Shown: positions 46,287 through 55,759, counted from the first letter of the stretch. The stretch is 64,000 nt of DNA from Verrucomicrobiota bacterium (GCA_022710935.1 JAKLFY010000010.1:19562-83561), one strand, 5' to 3'. Notes: generated by a model not told the origin, from the sequence alone. Numbers and translations are program-made.

Positions 46287-49200
46287 ATGATCAGACCGCC
46301 TTCGATCAACCTGGCAGGGCTCATGGGTGCGCTGCTTTGTGTCGCATGCCACTCTCTCGAGATTCCTTCCTTGCCTCCGTGGCAAGACGTTGCCGGCTAT
46401 CGCGTTCGTCCGGTGGTCCAGCCTCCTGGAAAGCGTCCCGGCTTCACGCTGCTCACCCCGGCGCAGTCGGGTCTGAACTTCACAAACGTGTTGACGCCCG
46501 GGCGAGCGGCGGAAAACCAGATCCGGCTCAACGGATCGGGCGTCGCCCTGGGGGATGCGGATGGCGACGGGTGGTGCGACATCTATTTGTGCGGGCTCGA
46601 GAACGAGAACGCCCTCTATCGCAACCTTGGCAACGGGCGCTTCACGAACATCACGGCATCGGCGGGCGTTGGGTGCGGGGGGCAGTATTCGAGCGGGGCG
46701 GTGTTTGCCGACGTGGATGGCGACGGCGACCTGGATCTGCTCGTGAACGGTGTCGGCACAGGGACCCGTTTGTTTCTCAACGGCGGCGGGGCGGTCTTCA
46801 CCGAAGCGGCGGAGGCCGGGTTGGTGCGCACGTACGGCGCCACGACCGCGGCTCTGGCCGATACGGATGGCGACGGCGACCTTGACCTGTACGTGGCCAA
46901 CTACCGGACGACGACCGTGCGGTCGACCGGTTTTGTCGTTCTCAACGTGGGCGGTCGCCGGATGATTCGTCCGCAGGACCGCGAGCGGCTCGAACTGACC
47001 CCCGAGGGGCGCGTGCTCGAGCATGGGGAGCCCCATTTCTTCTACCGGAACGACGGTGGCGGGCGCTTCAGCATCGTGCCGTGGACGGATGGGTCTTTTG
47101 TCGACGAGGATGGCCGGCCCCTGGCGGGGGCCCCGCGGGACTGGGGCTTGTCGGCCATGTTCCGCGACCTGAACGGGGACGGCGCGCCCGACTTGTATGT
47201 CTGCAACGATTTCCACTCGAACGACAAGATTTGGATCAACGATGGCCGGGGCCGTTTCCGGCTCATCGACCGGCTGGCCATCCGCAACTCTGCGACCTTT
47301 TCGATGGCAGCCGATTTCGCCGATGTGAACCGGGACGGTCACGATGACATCCTGGTGTCCGACATGATGAGCCGGCAGCATGGGCGGCGCCTGATGCAGG
47401 ATGCCGGGATGGATCCCTATTCCGTGCGGCTCGGTGTGTTCGACGACCGGCAGCAATTCGACCGCACCGTCTTGCAGCTCAATCGCGGGGATGGCACCTA
47501 CGCGGAAATGGCCTACTACGCGGGTGTGCCGGCCTCGGAATGGACGTGGTCGGTGGTCTTTCTCGATGTGGATCTGGACGGGTTCGAGGACATTCTTTGC
47601 ACGACAGGGCACATGTTCGACACCCAGGATCTCGATGCCCAGGCGATGATTGCCGCCAAAGGCCCCTGGCCGCGGGAACGCGTCCCCGAGAAGCTCCTGC
47701 TGCTGCCGCCTCTGCATCAGGCCAATCTCGTCTTCCGCAACCTTGGATCGAATCGGTTCGCCGAGGCCGGACGGGATTGGGGCTTCGATCAGGTGGGCGT
47801 CTCGCAGGGGATTGCGCTGGCGGACCTGGACAACGACGGCGATCTCGATGTCGTGGTGAACAACCTCAACGGCGCCGCCGGGCTGTATCGGAACGACACG
47901 TCCGCGCCGCGCGTGGGTGTGCGCTTGCGCGGCCTGCCGCCCAACACGCGCGGGGTGGGCGCGAAACTGCGGCTCGATGGCGGCGCCGTTCCGCTTCAAA
48001 TCCAGGAAGTGATCTGCGGCGGACGGTATCTTTCGGGCGACGAAGGGGCACGCGCGTTCGCCGCCGGGCATCCCACCAACCGGATGCGGCTCGAAGTGAT
48101 CTGGCGCAGCGGGCGTCGGAGCCTCATCGACGGCGTGCGCGCGGATTCCTGCTACGAGGTTTTCGAGCCGGCGGACGGCCCGGTTGCGCCCCGGCCGCAG
48201 GCAAATCCGGAGCGGCCTTTGTTCGAGGATGTGTCGAATCGCTTCGGCCATCGGCATGTCGAGACCCCGTTCGACGATTTCGCGCGCCAAAAGTTGTTGC
48301 CGAATCGGCTCAGTCAGCTCGGTCCCGGTGTGGCCTGGCACGATCTCGATGGAGACGGGTGGGAGGATTTGACCGTGGGCGCGGGCAAGGGCGGGAAGCT
48401 GGCGATGTTCCGCAACAACGGACAGGGCGGATTCGACCGTCAGGAAGTGCCGCCGGGCGACCAAACCGCGCCGCGGGATCAGACGGGCGTGGTCGGTTGG
48501 CGCGTGGGCGATGCGGCCGCGCGTCTGCTTGTGGGCCACGCCCATTACGAGGACGAAGAAAGCGTCCCCGGCGGCTGTGCGGTCGCAGTGTTAGACATGG
48601 CCGGCCGCGGTCCCGAGGAAGCGATTCCCGCGGACCAATCGAGTGTCGGTCCGCTTGCCCTCGCCGACTACGATGGCGACGGGGAACTCGACTTGTTCGT
48701 GGGCGGCCGCGTGATTCCCGGACGCTATCCTCTCGCCGCCTCGTCCCGCCTTTACCAGGGCAAGGGCGGACGGCTCATGTTGGACGAGGCGCAGACCGCA
48801 GTTCTGCAGCACGTGGGTTTGGTGAGCGGGGCGGTTTGGACCGATCTGGATGGGGACGGCTGGCCCGATCTGGCGCTGGCGTGCGAGTGGGGGCCGGTGC
48901 GTGTCTTCCTCAACGATCGCGGGCGGCTCCGCGCGTGGAATGTGGCGGTGAACGTTCAACGTTCAACGCACAACGTTCAACGCTCAACCGACGCCCTCAC
49001 CATCGACGCGCATCCATCAACCCTCAATGGACTGACAGGCTGGTGGAACGGGATCACCGCCGGCGACCTGGACGGCGACGGGCATCTGGACCTGATCGTG
49101 TCGAACTGGGGTTTGAACACGAAGTACCAGGCGGGTCCTGAGAGCCCGCGTCGGCTCTACTATGGCGACTTCACCGGGAGCGGCGGGGTCGATCTCATCG

Positions 49201-50051
49201 AGGCGTTCTTCGATCCCGGCCGGGGGCAGGATGTGCCCGAGCGGGACCGGGATGCGGTCGCCGCCATGATGCCGGCGTTGAATGCCCGGCTGTCTACGCA
49301 TCTCGAGTATGGGCGCGCCACCGTGGGGGAGATTCTCGGCGAGGCCGCCGGGCACGCGGCTCGAGTCGAGGCAACCGCGCTCGCCTCGATGGTCTTCTAC
49401 AATCGAGGCGATCAGTTCGAGGCCAAGGCCCTCCCATTCGAGGCTCAGTTGGCCCCCGCCTTTGGCGTCGCGGTGGGCGACTGCGACGGCGATGGCCTCG
49501 AGGATGTTTTCCTGGCGCAGAATTTCTTTGCCATGCAGCCCAAGACGAGCCGGGCTGATGCCGGGCGCGGACTCTGGCTTCGCGGCGACGCCCAGGCGGG
49601 TCTTGTCGCCGTGCCGGGTCAGGAATCGGGCATCAGGGTCTACGGTGAACAGCGCGGCTGCGCTCTGGCGGACTACGACGCGGACGGCTGCGTCGATCTT
49701 GTCGTCACGCAGAATGCAGGTGAAACGAAGCTGTATCGAAACGTCCGCGGCCGCCCCGGCCTGCGCGTTCGCATCGAAGGCCCCTCGGGCAATCCCACCG
49801 GGGTCGGGGCGGTGGTCCGGTTGGGAACGGGCGGTCGTTGGGGGCCGGCGCGCGAGATCCATGCCGGGTCGGGCTATTGGTCGCAAGACGGTGCGGCGCA
49901 GGTGATGGCATGGCCTCGGGCGGTCGGCACCATGCCGGTCCAGATCAAGGTGCGGTGGCCGGGCGGGCGCGAGACGGTTTCGTCGATTCCACCGGGCGCC
50001 CGCGAAGTTCGGATCGCGCCCGATGGCGGCCTTCGAGTGCGCGGCAGTTGA
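46287..50051 (+). CDS. FG-GAP/VCBS repeat + UnbV_ASPIC (CRTAC1-family) protein, paralogue 2
   Basis: Collinear with 37547-41440 and has the same double-module architecture. ATG at 46287 gives MIRPPSINLAGLMGALLCVAC (signal or lipoprotein-like). The track start at 46254 is a TTG inside the inverted heptamer array. Confidence 0.85.
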   Translation: MIRPPSINLAGLMGALLCVACHSLEIPSLPPWQDVAGYRVRPVVQPPGKRPGFTLLTPAQSGLNFTNVLTPGRAAENQIRLNGSGVALGDADGDGWCDIYLCGLENENALYRNLGNGRFTNITASAGVGCGGQYSSGAVFADVDGDGDLDLLVNGVGTGTRLFLNGGGAVFTEAAEAGLVRTYGATTAALADTDGDGDLDLYVANYRTTTVRSTGFVVLNVGGRRMIRPQDRERLELTPEGRVLEHGEPHFFYRNDGGGRFSIVPWTDGSFVDEDGRPLAGAPRDWGLSAMFRDLNGDGAPDLYVCNDFHSNDKIWINDGRGRFRLIDRLAIRNSATFSMAADFADVNRDGHDDILVSDMMSRQHGRRLMQDAGMDPYSVRLGVFDDRQQFDRTVLQLNRGDGTYAEMAYYAGVPASEWTWSVVFLDVDLDGFEDILCTTGHMFDTQDLDAQAMIAAKGPWPRERVPEKLLLLPPLHQANLVFRNLGSNRFAEAGRDWGFDQVGVSQGIALADLDNDGDLDVVVNNLNGAAGLYRNDTSAPRVGVRLRGLPPNTRGVGAKLRLDGGAVPLQIQEVICGGRYLSGDEGARAFAAGHPTNRMRLEVIWRSGRRSLIDGVRADSCYEVFEPADGPVAPRPQANPERPLFEDVSNRFGHRHVETPFDDFARQKLLPNRLSQLGPGVAWHDLDGDGWEDLTVGAGKGGKLAMFRNNGQGGFDRQEVPPGDQTAPRDQTGVVGWRVGDAAARLLVGHAHYEDEESVPGGCAVAVLDMAGRGPEEAIPADQSSVGPLALADYDGDGELDLFVGGRVIPGRYPLAASSRLYQGKGGRLMLDEAQTAVLQHVGLVSGAVWTDLDGDGWPDLALACEWGPVRVFLNDRGRLRAWNVAVNVQRSTHNVQRSTDALTIDAHPSTLNGLTGWWNGITAGDLDGDGHLDLIVSNWGLNTKYQAGPESPRRLYYGDFTGSGGVDLIEAFFDPGRGQDVPERDRDAVAAMMPALNARLSTHLEYGRATVGEILGEAAGHAARVEATALASMVFYNRGDQFEAKALPFEAQLAPAFGVAVGDCDGDGLEDVFLAQNFFAMQPKTSRADAGRGLWLRGDAQAGLVAVPGQESGIRVYGEQRGCALADYDADGCVDLVVTQNAGETKLYRNVRGRPGLRVRIEGPSGNPTGVGAVVRLGTGGRWGPAREIHAGSGYWSQDGAAQVMAWPRAVGTMPVQIKVRWPGGRETVSSIPPGAREVRIAPDGGLRVRGS

Positions 50052-50102
50052 CCGAAGCGGTCGTCTGGACAGTGGGGCGGCCGGGCGGTACGGTCGGGGC
50101 CC

Positions 50103-51077
50103 ATGGCGACGCCCCTGGCGAGTTACACCTGCGAACTGACCGATGCCCAAGCCGCTGCGCTCGAGGCGTGGCTGCGGGAGCAGGACTGGACCTGGCGCGA
50201 GGTGGCGCATGCCCGCTTTGCGGCGGAGAAGGGGCGGGTGAACCTTGTTCAGTACCAGAGCGGGAAGCTGGTGGTGCAGGGGAAGGAGACGCGCGAGTTT
50301 GTCGAGTTCGTTCTCGAACCGGTGATTCTCAAGGAGGCGCGCCTGGGCTACGAGACGGTGCTGAACCCCGATCTGCTCCTGCCGCGCGTCGGTGTCGATG
50401 AGAGCGGCAAGGGGGATTTTTTCGGCCCGCTTTGCGTTGCGGGGGTGTACGTGAACGAGGCCATCATCCGGGCGTGGGAGGGGGCTGGAGTCAAGGACTC
50501 GAAGTCGATCGGGAGCGCGAAGCGGATTGGCGAGTTGGCCCGGCTCATTCGCGAGACGCCGGGCTGCATCACGAGTGTCGTGCCGATCGGGAATGCGGCC
50601 TACAACCGGCTCTACGCGAGCATGGGGAACGTGAATCGGATTCTGGCGTGGGGCCACGCGCGCGCCATCGAGAATCTGATGCTGCAGCGGCATCGGATGA
50701 ATCCGCTGCCGGTGCGGGCCATCAGCGATCAGTTTGCGGCGAACAAGGCGACTGTGGCCAAGGCCTTGATGAGTTTGGGCCGCCAGATCGAGCTGGTCCA
50801 ACGCCACAAAGCCGAATCGGACCTGGCCGTGGCCGCAGCGTCGATTCTCGCCCGGGACGAGTTTGTCCGTCGGCTCGCTGGTCTCGAAAAGGACTATGCG
50901 ATGGAGTTCCCCAAGGGGGCTTCGTCGGCTGTGGACGCCGCGGCTGCGGCGTTCGTGAAGGCGCACGGGGCGAACGCGCTCCCCGCGGTGGCCAAGACGC
51001 ACTTTCGCACTGCGTTCCGGGCGCAGGGATTGGCTGAGCCGCCGCGCAGCGAATGGCGGAAGCCGCGGCAGGGCTAG
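50103..51077 (+). CDS. rnhC: Ribonuclease HIII
   Basis: N-terminal TBP-like domain (YTCELTDAQAAALEAWLREQDW...VQYQSGKLVVQG), then the RNase HII/HIII catalytic core VGVDESGKGDFFGPL and VKDSKSI. Length 324 aa. Confidence 0.85.
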   Translation: MATPLASYTCELTDAQAAALEAWLREQDWTWREVAHARFAAEKGRVNLVQYQSGKLVVQGKETREFVEFVLEPVILKEARLGYETVLNPDLLLPRVGVDESGKGDFFGPLCVAGVYVNEAIIRAWEGAGVKDSKSIGSAKRIGELARLIRETPGCITSVVPIGNAAYNRLYASMGNVNRILAWGHARAIENLMLQRHRMNPLPVRAISDQFAANKATVAKALMSLGRQIELVQRHKAESDLAVAAASILARDEFVRRLAGLEKDYAMEFPKGASSAVDAAAAAFVKAHGANALPAVAKTHFRTAFRAQGLAEPPRSEWRKPRQG

Positions 51078-51574
51078 CGGGACGGGACAACGTAGCCCAC
51101 CGGGTTGAGATTGCCGCCCGACGAGGGATGCCAGAGCGGCAGTCCCGGGGCGGACAATCCCGCGGGGATGACGGGCGTGACGCTGGGGCGCGACGGACGG
51201 GCATCGCGGGCCAAGGCGGAGGTCACTCGATGTTCGAAGGCTGAGAACGGCCGGCGCTCGAAACCGCTGGCGATCTCGATCCGCGCCGGGGCGTCTTGGG
51301 GTTGTTGAGCGACGCGTCCGGAGTAGCCCAAGCCGGCGAGGTAGAAGGCGCCCAGTGCGAAGCTGAAGAACCCGGCCAGGGCCGGGCGCAGCCGGAATCT
51401 CTCGAAGAGGGCTTCAAACCAGTCCTCGGGCTCGACATCCGGCTCGAGGGGAAGGCGGTCGAGGACGCGTCTGTGGAGGCGATCGAAGTAGCCCGGGGGG
51501 GGCTGTTCGTGGCGCTTGAGGGCGACCGCCCTGCGCAGGGCTGCAAAGGAATCGTGATCGTGATCCGGATGCAT
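51074..51574 (-). CDS. Putative membrane-anchored anti-sigma factor
   Basis: 166 aa, immediately downstream of the ECF sigma gene (7-nt gap). It has a single TM helix (LAGFFSFALGAFYLAGLGY). No zinc-finger anti-sigma motif was seen, so the call rests mainly on position. Confidence 0.4.
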   Translation of the reverse strand: MHPDHDHDSFAALRRAVALKRHEQPPPGYFDRLHRRVLDRLPLEPDVEPEDWFEALFERFRLRPALAGFFSFALGAFYLAGLGYSGRVAQQPQDAPARIEIASGFERRPFSAFEHRVTSALARDARPSRPSVTPVIPAGLSAPGLPLWHPSSGGNLNPVGYVVPSR

Positions 51575-51581
51575 GCTGATT

Positions 51582-52205
51582 CTAATTCAAATAGTCTGAC
51601 AAATAGGCCTGCAACTGCTGGCGTGCATAGAACAAACGCGACCTCACCGTGCCGACATTGCAATCCATAATGCGCCCGATTTCCTCATGGGGCAGGCCTT
51701 GGATGTCGTGCAAGGTCACCACCAGTCTATGCACTTCGGACAGTTTCTGCATCGCCTCGTTCAATCTCTCCTGGAGCTCGGCCAGGTTGATTTCCCGCCG
51801 GGGCGTGCGGTCCGACACCAGCGCGACGAGGTCCGGATCATGTTCGGCGTTGAAATCCAGATCGTTGAGGCTCATCTGGCTGCCGCGGTGTTTGCGCTGC
51901 TTGAGGAAGTTGATCGTCTTGTTGATCGCGATGCGGTAGAGCCAGGTGAAGAAGCTCGAGTCGCCCTTGAACGATTTCAGGGCCCGATAGGCCTTGATGA
52001 AGCTTTCCTGGGTGAGGTCGTCCGCATCTTCATGGGACGACGTCATATGGTAAATGGTGGCGTAAATGCGCTCCTGGTACCGCCGCACCAGCTCGTCGAA
52101 CGCCTCCATCTTCCCGTGCTGCGCGTCGCGCACCAGCACGGCATCCGCCACGGGGAGTTTGGACTGGTCTGACGCGGGCGGACTGGGGTGCAAGGCGGCC
52201 GGCAT
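51582..52205 (-). CDS. RNA polymerase ECF-type sigma-70 family factor
   Basis: ATG at 52205 gives 207 aa. Region 2 is DADDLTQESFIKAYRALKSF...FFTWLYRIAIN; region 4 is LPHEEIGRIMDCNVGTVRSRLFYARQQL. Confidence 0.88.
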   Translation of the reverse strand: MPAALHPSPPASDQSKLPVADAVLVRDAQHGKMEAFDELVRRYQERIYATIYHMTSSHEDADDLTQESFIKAYRALKSFKGDSSFFTWLYRIAINKTINFLKQRKHRGSQMSLNDLDFNAEHDPDLVALVSDRTPRREINLAELQERLNEAMQKLSEVHRLVVTLHDIQGLPHEEIGRIMDCNVGTVRSRLFYARQQLQAYLSDYLN

Positions 52206-52206
52206 C

Positions 52207-53277
52207 TTAGGAGGGGATCTTCCAGGATGGAACCCCCAGCGAGCCGGTGATCTGCTCGACGAACTCCGCGGCCGCGGCGAGGGCCGGGCGCTCGGCGGGG
52301 CGATCCGGGGCCGATACCGACTCGCGGGCGGAGTGGCACAGGGCGCGGATGGTGGACACCGATTCGGCGAGGGCATCGAGCTGTTCCAACACCGCGCACA
52401 AAGGAGCGAGCCGTTCCGGGTGCCAGTCGGCGAGCAGCCGGTCGAGTTGTCTGCGTTGGGCCGGATCGGCCCGTTCGTACGCGACAATGATGGGAAGCGT
52501 GACTTTGCCGGCGGCCAGATCGGTGCCGAGCGACTTGCCAGCCTCCCGCTCGCGTCCGTACAGATCGAGGCAATCGTCGTAGATCTGGTAGGCCGTCCCG
52601 AGGGCCATGCCGTAGTCGTGCAGCCCCTGCTCCTCGGCGTCACTGGCCCCGGTCAGCCGTCCGCCCAGCCTGCACGAGAGGGCGAAGAGTTCGCCCGTCT
52701 TCATGCGCAGGATACGAAAGTACTCTTCGCGCCCGAGTATGGCTCTGCGTTGAGAGAGCAAGGTCTGGAGGGTCTCGCCGGTGCAGACCGTCTTGGTGGC
52801 CGCGGCGACGGCCCGGCAGATGTCGGGTGTGGGAAAGCTGGCGGCCAGTTCCAGGGCGTGCGCGAACAGGCAATCCCCGGCAAGCACCGAGACCGCATTG
52901 CCGCACCGGACCGACAGGGTGGGGCGTCGTCGCCGGACCCGGGCTTCGTCCATGACATCGTCGTGGACCAGGGTGGCCAGGTGGACCATTTCGATAATGG
53001 TGGCGACGGTGATCAGCTCTTCGGTGAGGGCGCCGATTGGTTTGGCGCTCAGGGCCAGGAGGGCCGGGCGGAGCTGCTTGCCCTGGCTGGCCAAAGCGTA
53101 GCGGACATAGCTGGCGATGTCGGGTTCGAAGCCGCCGACCTGGTCCTCCAATCGCCGGGCCACGGATTTGAGGAAGCCGTCGGCAGGACCGACAATGCGC
53201 CGCCAGGAATGGGGCGAGACGGGGGCGGGAGCGGCTCTGACCGCGGCTCCCGCCGCTTTGGATTCAGCAGCCAGCAC
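52207..53277 (-). CDS. Polyprenyl diphosphate synthase (IspB-like, long-chain trans-prenyltransferase)
   Basis: First Asp-rich motif LVHDDVMDEARVRRR and second motif QIYDDCLDL. The start is uncertain: there is no in-frame ATG, and I chose the GTG at 53277. The stop lies 1 nt before the sigma-factor ATG. Confidence 0.78.
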   Translation of the reverse strand: MLAAESKAAGAAVRAAPAPVSPHSWRRIVGPADGFLKSVARRLEDQVGGFEPDIASYVRYALASQGKQLRPALLALSAKPIGALTEELITVATIIEMVHLATLVHDDVMDEARVRRRRPTLSVRCGNAVSVLAGDCLFAHALELAASFPTPDICRAVAAATKTVCTGETLQTLLSQRRAILGREEYFRILRMKTGELFALSCRLGGRLTGASDAEEQGLHDYGMALGTAYQIYDDCLDLYGREREAGKSLGTDLAAGKVTLPIIVAYERADPAQRRQLDRLLADWHPERLAPLCAVLEQLDALAESVSTIRALCHSARESVSAPDRPAERPALAAAAEFVEQITGSLGVPSWKIPS

Positions 53278-53357
53278 GATGGCCGAGAATCTAAAGTTGT
53301 GGGCTGGACAAGTCAAACGGTTACGCAGCCGGGGGCTGGAGACCGTTCGGGCTGAAT

Positions 53358-53852
53358 TCAGAAGCCGTGCCGGGCCAGTTCCTGTTCCAGCAGCATCTGG
53401 AATTCCTGGACATCGCTGGACGACGGCCGGTGGCCCTTCTCTTGCGGGGCGATGCCGAGGCGGCCCATCTGGTCGATTGACCAGACCGCGCTCTTGCCAT
53501 CGCTGAAGGTGACGTTGCCGCTGACGACCGCGCCCGCCCGGGTCAACTGGTCCACGCTGATCCGGACACGGGCGGCGGGGGGTGTCGGGGCCGTCTTGGG
53601 TTCCCAGGCGCCGCCGCTGGCCGGCGCATGGGGCGCCCCGGGAGCCTTGGGATTTCCGCCGGTCAAGTCGGTCGGCGCCGTCGGTTCGACATCCTTGGGG
53701 AGGACGTCGAGGTCGCTGACAAGGAACTTGACGTCCCGGTAGGTGAGGCGCAGGCCGAATGTCGTCTCGAGTCGTTTCTGCAGTTCCGCCAGGGTGGCGC
53801 CTTGCTGAAGCCACTCGGTGACCTGTTGTTTCTGGGCGTCGTCCAAATTCAT
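53358..53852 (-). CDS. Hypothetical protein
   Basis: ATG at 53852 (MNLDDAQKQQVTEWLQQGATLAELQKRLE...). It has a helical N-terminus, a Pro/Ala-rich linker and a small beta-rich C-terminal domain. It is the first gene of the ispB-sigma operon and is divergent from the exosortase. Confidence 0.5.
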   Translation of the reverse strand: MNLDDAQKQQVTEWLQQGATLAELQKRLETTFGLRLTYRDVKFLVSDLDVLPKDVEPTAPTDLTGGNPKAPGAPHAPASGGAWEPKTAPTPPAARVRISVDQLTRAGAVVSGNVTFSDGKSAVWSIDQMGRLGIAPQEKGHRPSSSDVQEFQMLLEQELARHGF

Positions 53853-53990
53853 AGCGTACGGGTGGCCATTCGGCGCGATTTGGCGCATTCAGGCAACAGA
53901 TTTCTTTGTCCATAATTTGATTGAGCGACGCGGGTGAGTGGTGTCAGATGAGATGAATCTCGTCTGCGCGCATGATGAGAGGGACGGGCG

Positions 53991-55025
53991 ATGCGCGCGG
54001 CGGGGCGCGAGCGGCATTCCGGGATGACGACAACAACAGAGAGCCAGACCGACGAGCGGGGCGAGTTCCGGCGGGAATTCGCCCGTGTTTGGCGGCAGAT
54101 GTCCGACAAAGGGCTCCTCCTGGGGCTGGCGGCCGCATGGTTTGCCCTGTTCCATTTCCTGGGCAACTCGACTTTTGGCTACGTCGACAGTCCTTCCCTG
54201 TTTGGCTGGCTCTGGGGCGCGTACAGTTCGAGTTCGTTTCCCGGCGGACCGATTGTGAAGCTGCTCAACGCCGACGACGGGTACTGTGTCCTGATCCCGT
54301 TCCTGGTGCTTGGTCTGTTCTGGTCGAGGCGTCAACAATGGCTGGCAATTCCGCGGGAAACGTGGTGGCCGGGCCTGGTCGGGCTGGCGCTGGCGACGAT
54401 GCTGCATGTGTTGGGCTACCTGGTGCAGCAGCCCCGGGTTTCACTTCTGGCGTTTCTGGGGGGCGGGTACGCGCTGATCGCGCTGGTCTGGGGGTGGCGG
54501 TTCGCCGCCGGCGTGTTTTTCCCCTATGTGCTGCTTGTCTTCTGTGTTCCCCTGGGCACGGTCAGCGATCCGATCACCGTCCCGCTCCGGCAGGTCTCGA
54601 CGGACGTTTCGGTGGTGATTGTGCGGGATGTGTTGGGCATACCGGTGATTCAGCAGGGGGTACAGATCAGCGATCCGCGCGGGTCGTACACCTACGAAGT
54701 CGCCGCGGCATGCAGCGGGATTCGGAGTTTGATTGCCCTGTTCGCCCTGGCCACGATCTATGGGTTTCTGACATTCACGCGCCTCTGGAAACGTCTGCTG
54801 GTGATCCTGCTCGTTGTCCCCCTGACCCTGGCGGGCAACATCCTGCGGCTGGTCTGCATCGTGATCGCGTCCGAGGCCTTCGGACAGAGCGCGGGGGAGT
54901 TCGTGCACGACTGGTTCGGATTCGTCACGTTCGGCCTGGCGCTTCTGGTGCTGTTCGGCGTCGGGAACTGGCTGCGCGAGCCGGCGTCGGCCCGGGTTCC
55001 GTCGGGAGTGCCTCAAGCCGTATGA
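53991..55025 (+). CDS. Exosortase (Xrt family; subtype not assignable by eye)
   Basis: Polytopic membrane protein with the catalytic-Cys motif AAACSGIRSL and the Asn/Arg motif GNILRL. The start could also be the ATG at 54024 (MTTTTESQ). Confidence 0.8.
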   Translation: MRAAGRERHSGMTTTTESQTDERGEFRREFARVWRQMSDKGLLLGLAAAWFALFHFLGNSTFGYVDSPSLFGWLWGAYSSSSFPGGPIVKLLNADDGYCVLIPFLVLGLFWSRRQQWLAIPRETWWPGLVGLALATMLHVLGYLVQQPRVSLLAFLGGGYALIALVWGWRFAAGVFFPYVLLVFCVPLGTVSDPITVPLRQVSTDVSVVIVRDVLGIPVIQQGVQISDPRGSYTYEVAAACSGIRSLIALFALATIYGFLTFTRLWKRLLVILLVVPLTLAGNILRLVCIVIASEAFGQSAGEFVHDWFGFVTFGLALLVLFGVGNWLREPASARVPSGVPQAV

Positions 55026-55759
55026 AGGCCCGCCAATGCATCCTGTTCGCGCTGGCCCTTGCGGTGATCGTGGGCGGCGGCGGCCTTCTGGTGCGGCTCA
55101 AGTCGATTCAGCGGCTGGGGGCGCCGGGGATCAAGGTGAGCCCGATCGAGGGGAGTGACCGGCTCCGGATCGAGTTGCCGGAGCGCGTGCCGCTCTATGA
55201 GTCAACGGGCATGGAGCCGACGCGCGCCGAGCTCGACATGCTGCCTGAGGATACGGCCTTTGCCAGGCGTCTCTACCGTGCGGCCGACGGATTCCAGATC
55301 ATGATGAACGTCGTGATGATGGGAACCGACCGCACGAGCATCCACAAGCCGGAGTTCTGTTTGACGGCGCAAGGGTGGCGGATCGAGCGGCAGGAGACGG
55401 ACGTGCTGCCAGTCTATCGGCCACATCGGTACGATCTTCCGGTCCAGCGTTACACGACCAAGGCGGAGTGGGAGGAGGAAGGGGGGCGCCGAGTGCCCTG
55501 GAGCGGTGTCTACGTCTTCTGGTTTGTGGCCGAGAACAAGTTGACCGCCAGCCATTGGGTGCGTGTGGGTTGGATCACGCGGGAACTGCTCACGCGCGGC
55601 GTGCTGCCGCGGTGGGCCTACATCGGCTGTTTCGCGGCCTGTCCGCCGGGGCAGGAGGAGGCCACCTTCCGGCGAATGCGCCAGTTTCTGACCTCCTCAG
55701 TGCCCGATTTTCAGACTGCCGTGCCGCCTGCTCCGCCGGGGGGAAGCGCGGAGCGTTAG
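55022..55759 (+). CDS. Exosortase-associated EpsI-family protein
   Basis: ATG at 55022 overlaps the exosortase stop (ATGA). It has an N-terminal TM helix (CILFALALAVIVGGGGLLV), then ...FARRLYRAADGFQIMMNVVMMGTDRTSIHKPEFCLTAQGW..., typical of EpsI. Confidence 0.7.
   Translation: MKARQCILFALALAVIVGGGGLLVRLKSIQRLGAPGIKVSPIEGSDRLRIELPERVPLYESTGMEPTRAELDMLPEDTAFARRLYRAADGFQIMMNVVMMGTDRTSIHKPEFCLTAQGWRIERQETDVLPVYRPHRYDLPVQRYTTKAEWEEEGGRRVPWSGVYVFWFVAENKLTASHWVRVGWITRELLTRGVLPRWAYIGCFAACPPGQEEATFRRMRQFLTSSVPDFQTAVPPAPPGGSAER

Noticed and set aside
37475-51002. Long minus-strand ORFs 37475-38869, 41499-43550, 43626-45767, 46224-48545 and 49017-51002
   Set aside because: They are antisense shadows of the ASPIC, adhesin and RNase HIII genes. 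Their composition and lack of domains argue against coding.
52207-53913. 568-aa minus-strand ORF (and likewise the 604-aa ORF 31957-33771)
   Set aside because: The N-terminal extensions overlap neighbouring genes in other frames (53358-53852 and tatD). Polyprenyl synthase and LysS homology start at 53277 and 33432 respectively.
53972-55759. 595-aa plus-strand ORF spanning the exosortase region
   Set aside because: Only its last 245 codons (from ATG 55022) look like a real protein (EpsI family). The upstream part is an alternative frame of the exosortase gene, which has the catalytic CSG motif in its own frame.
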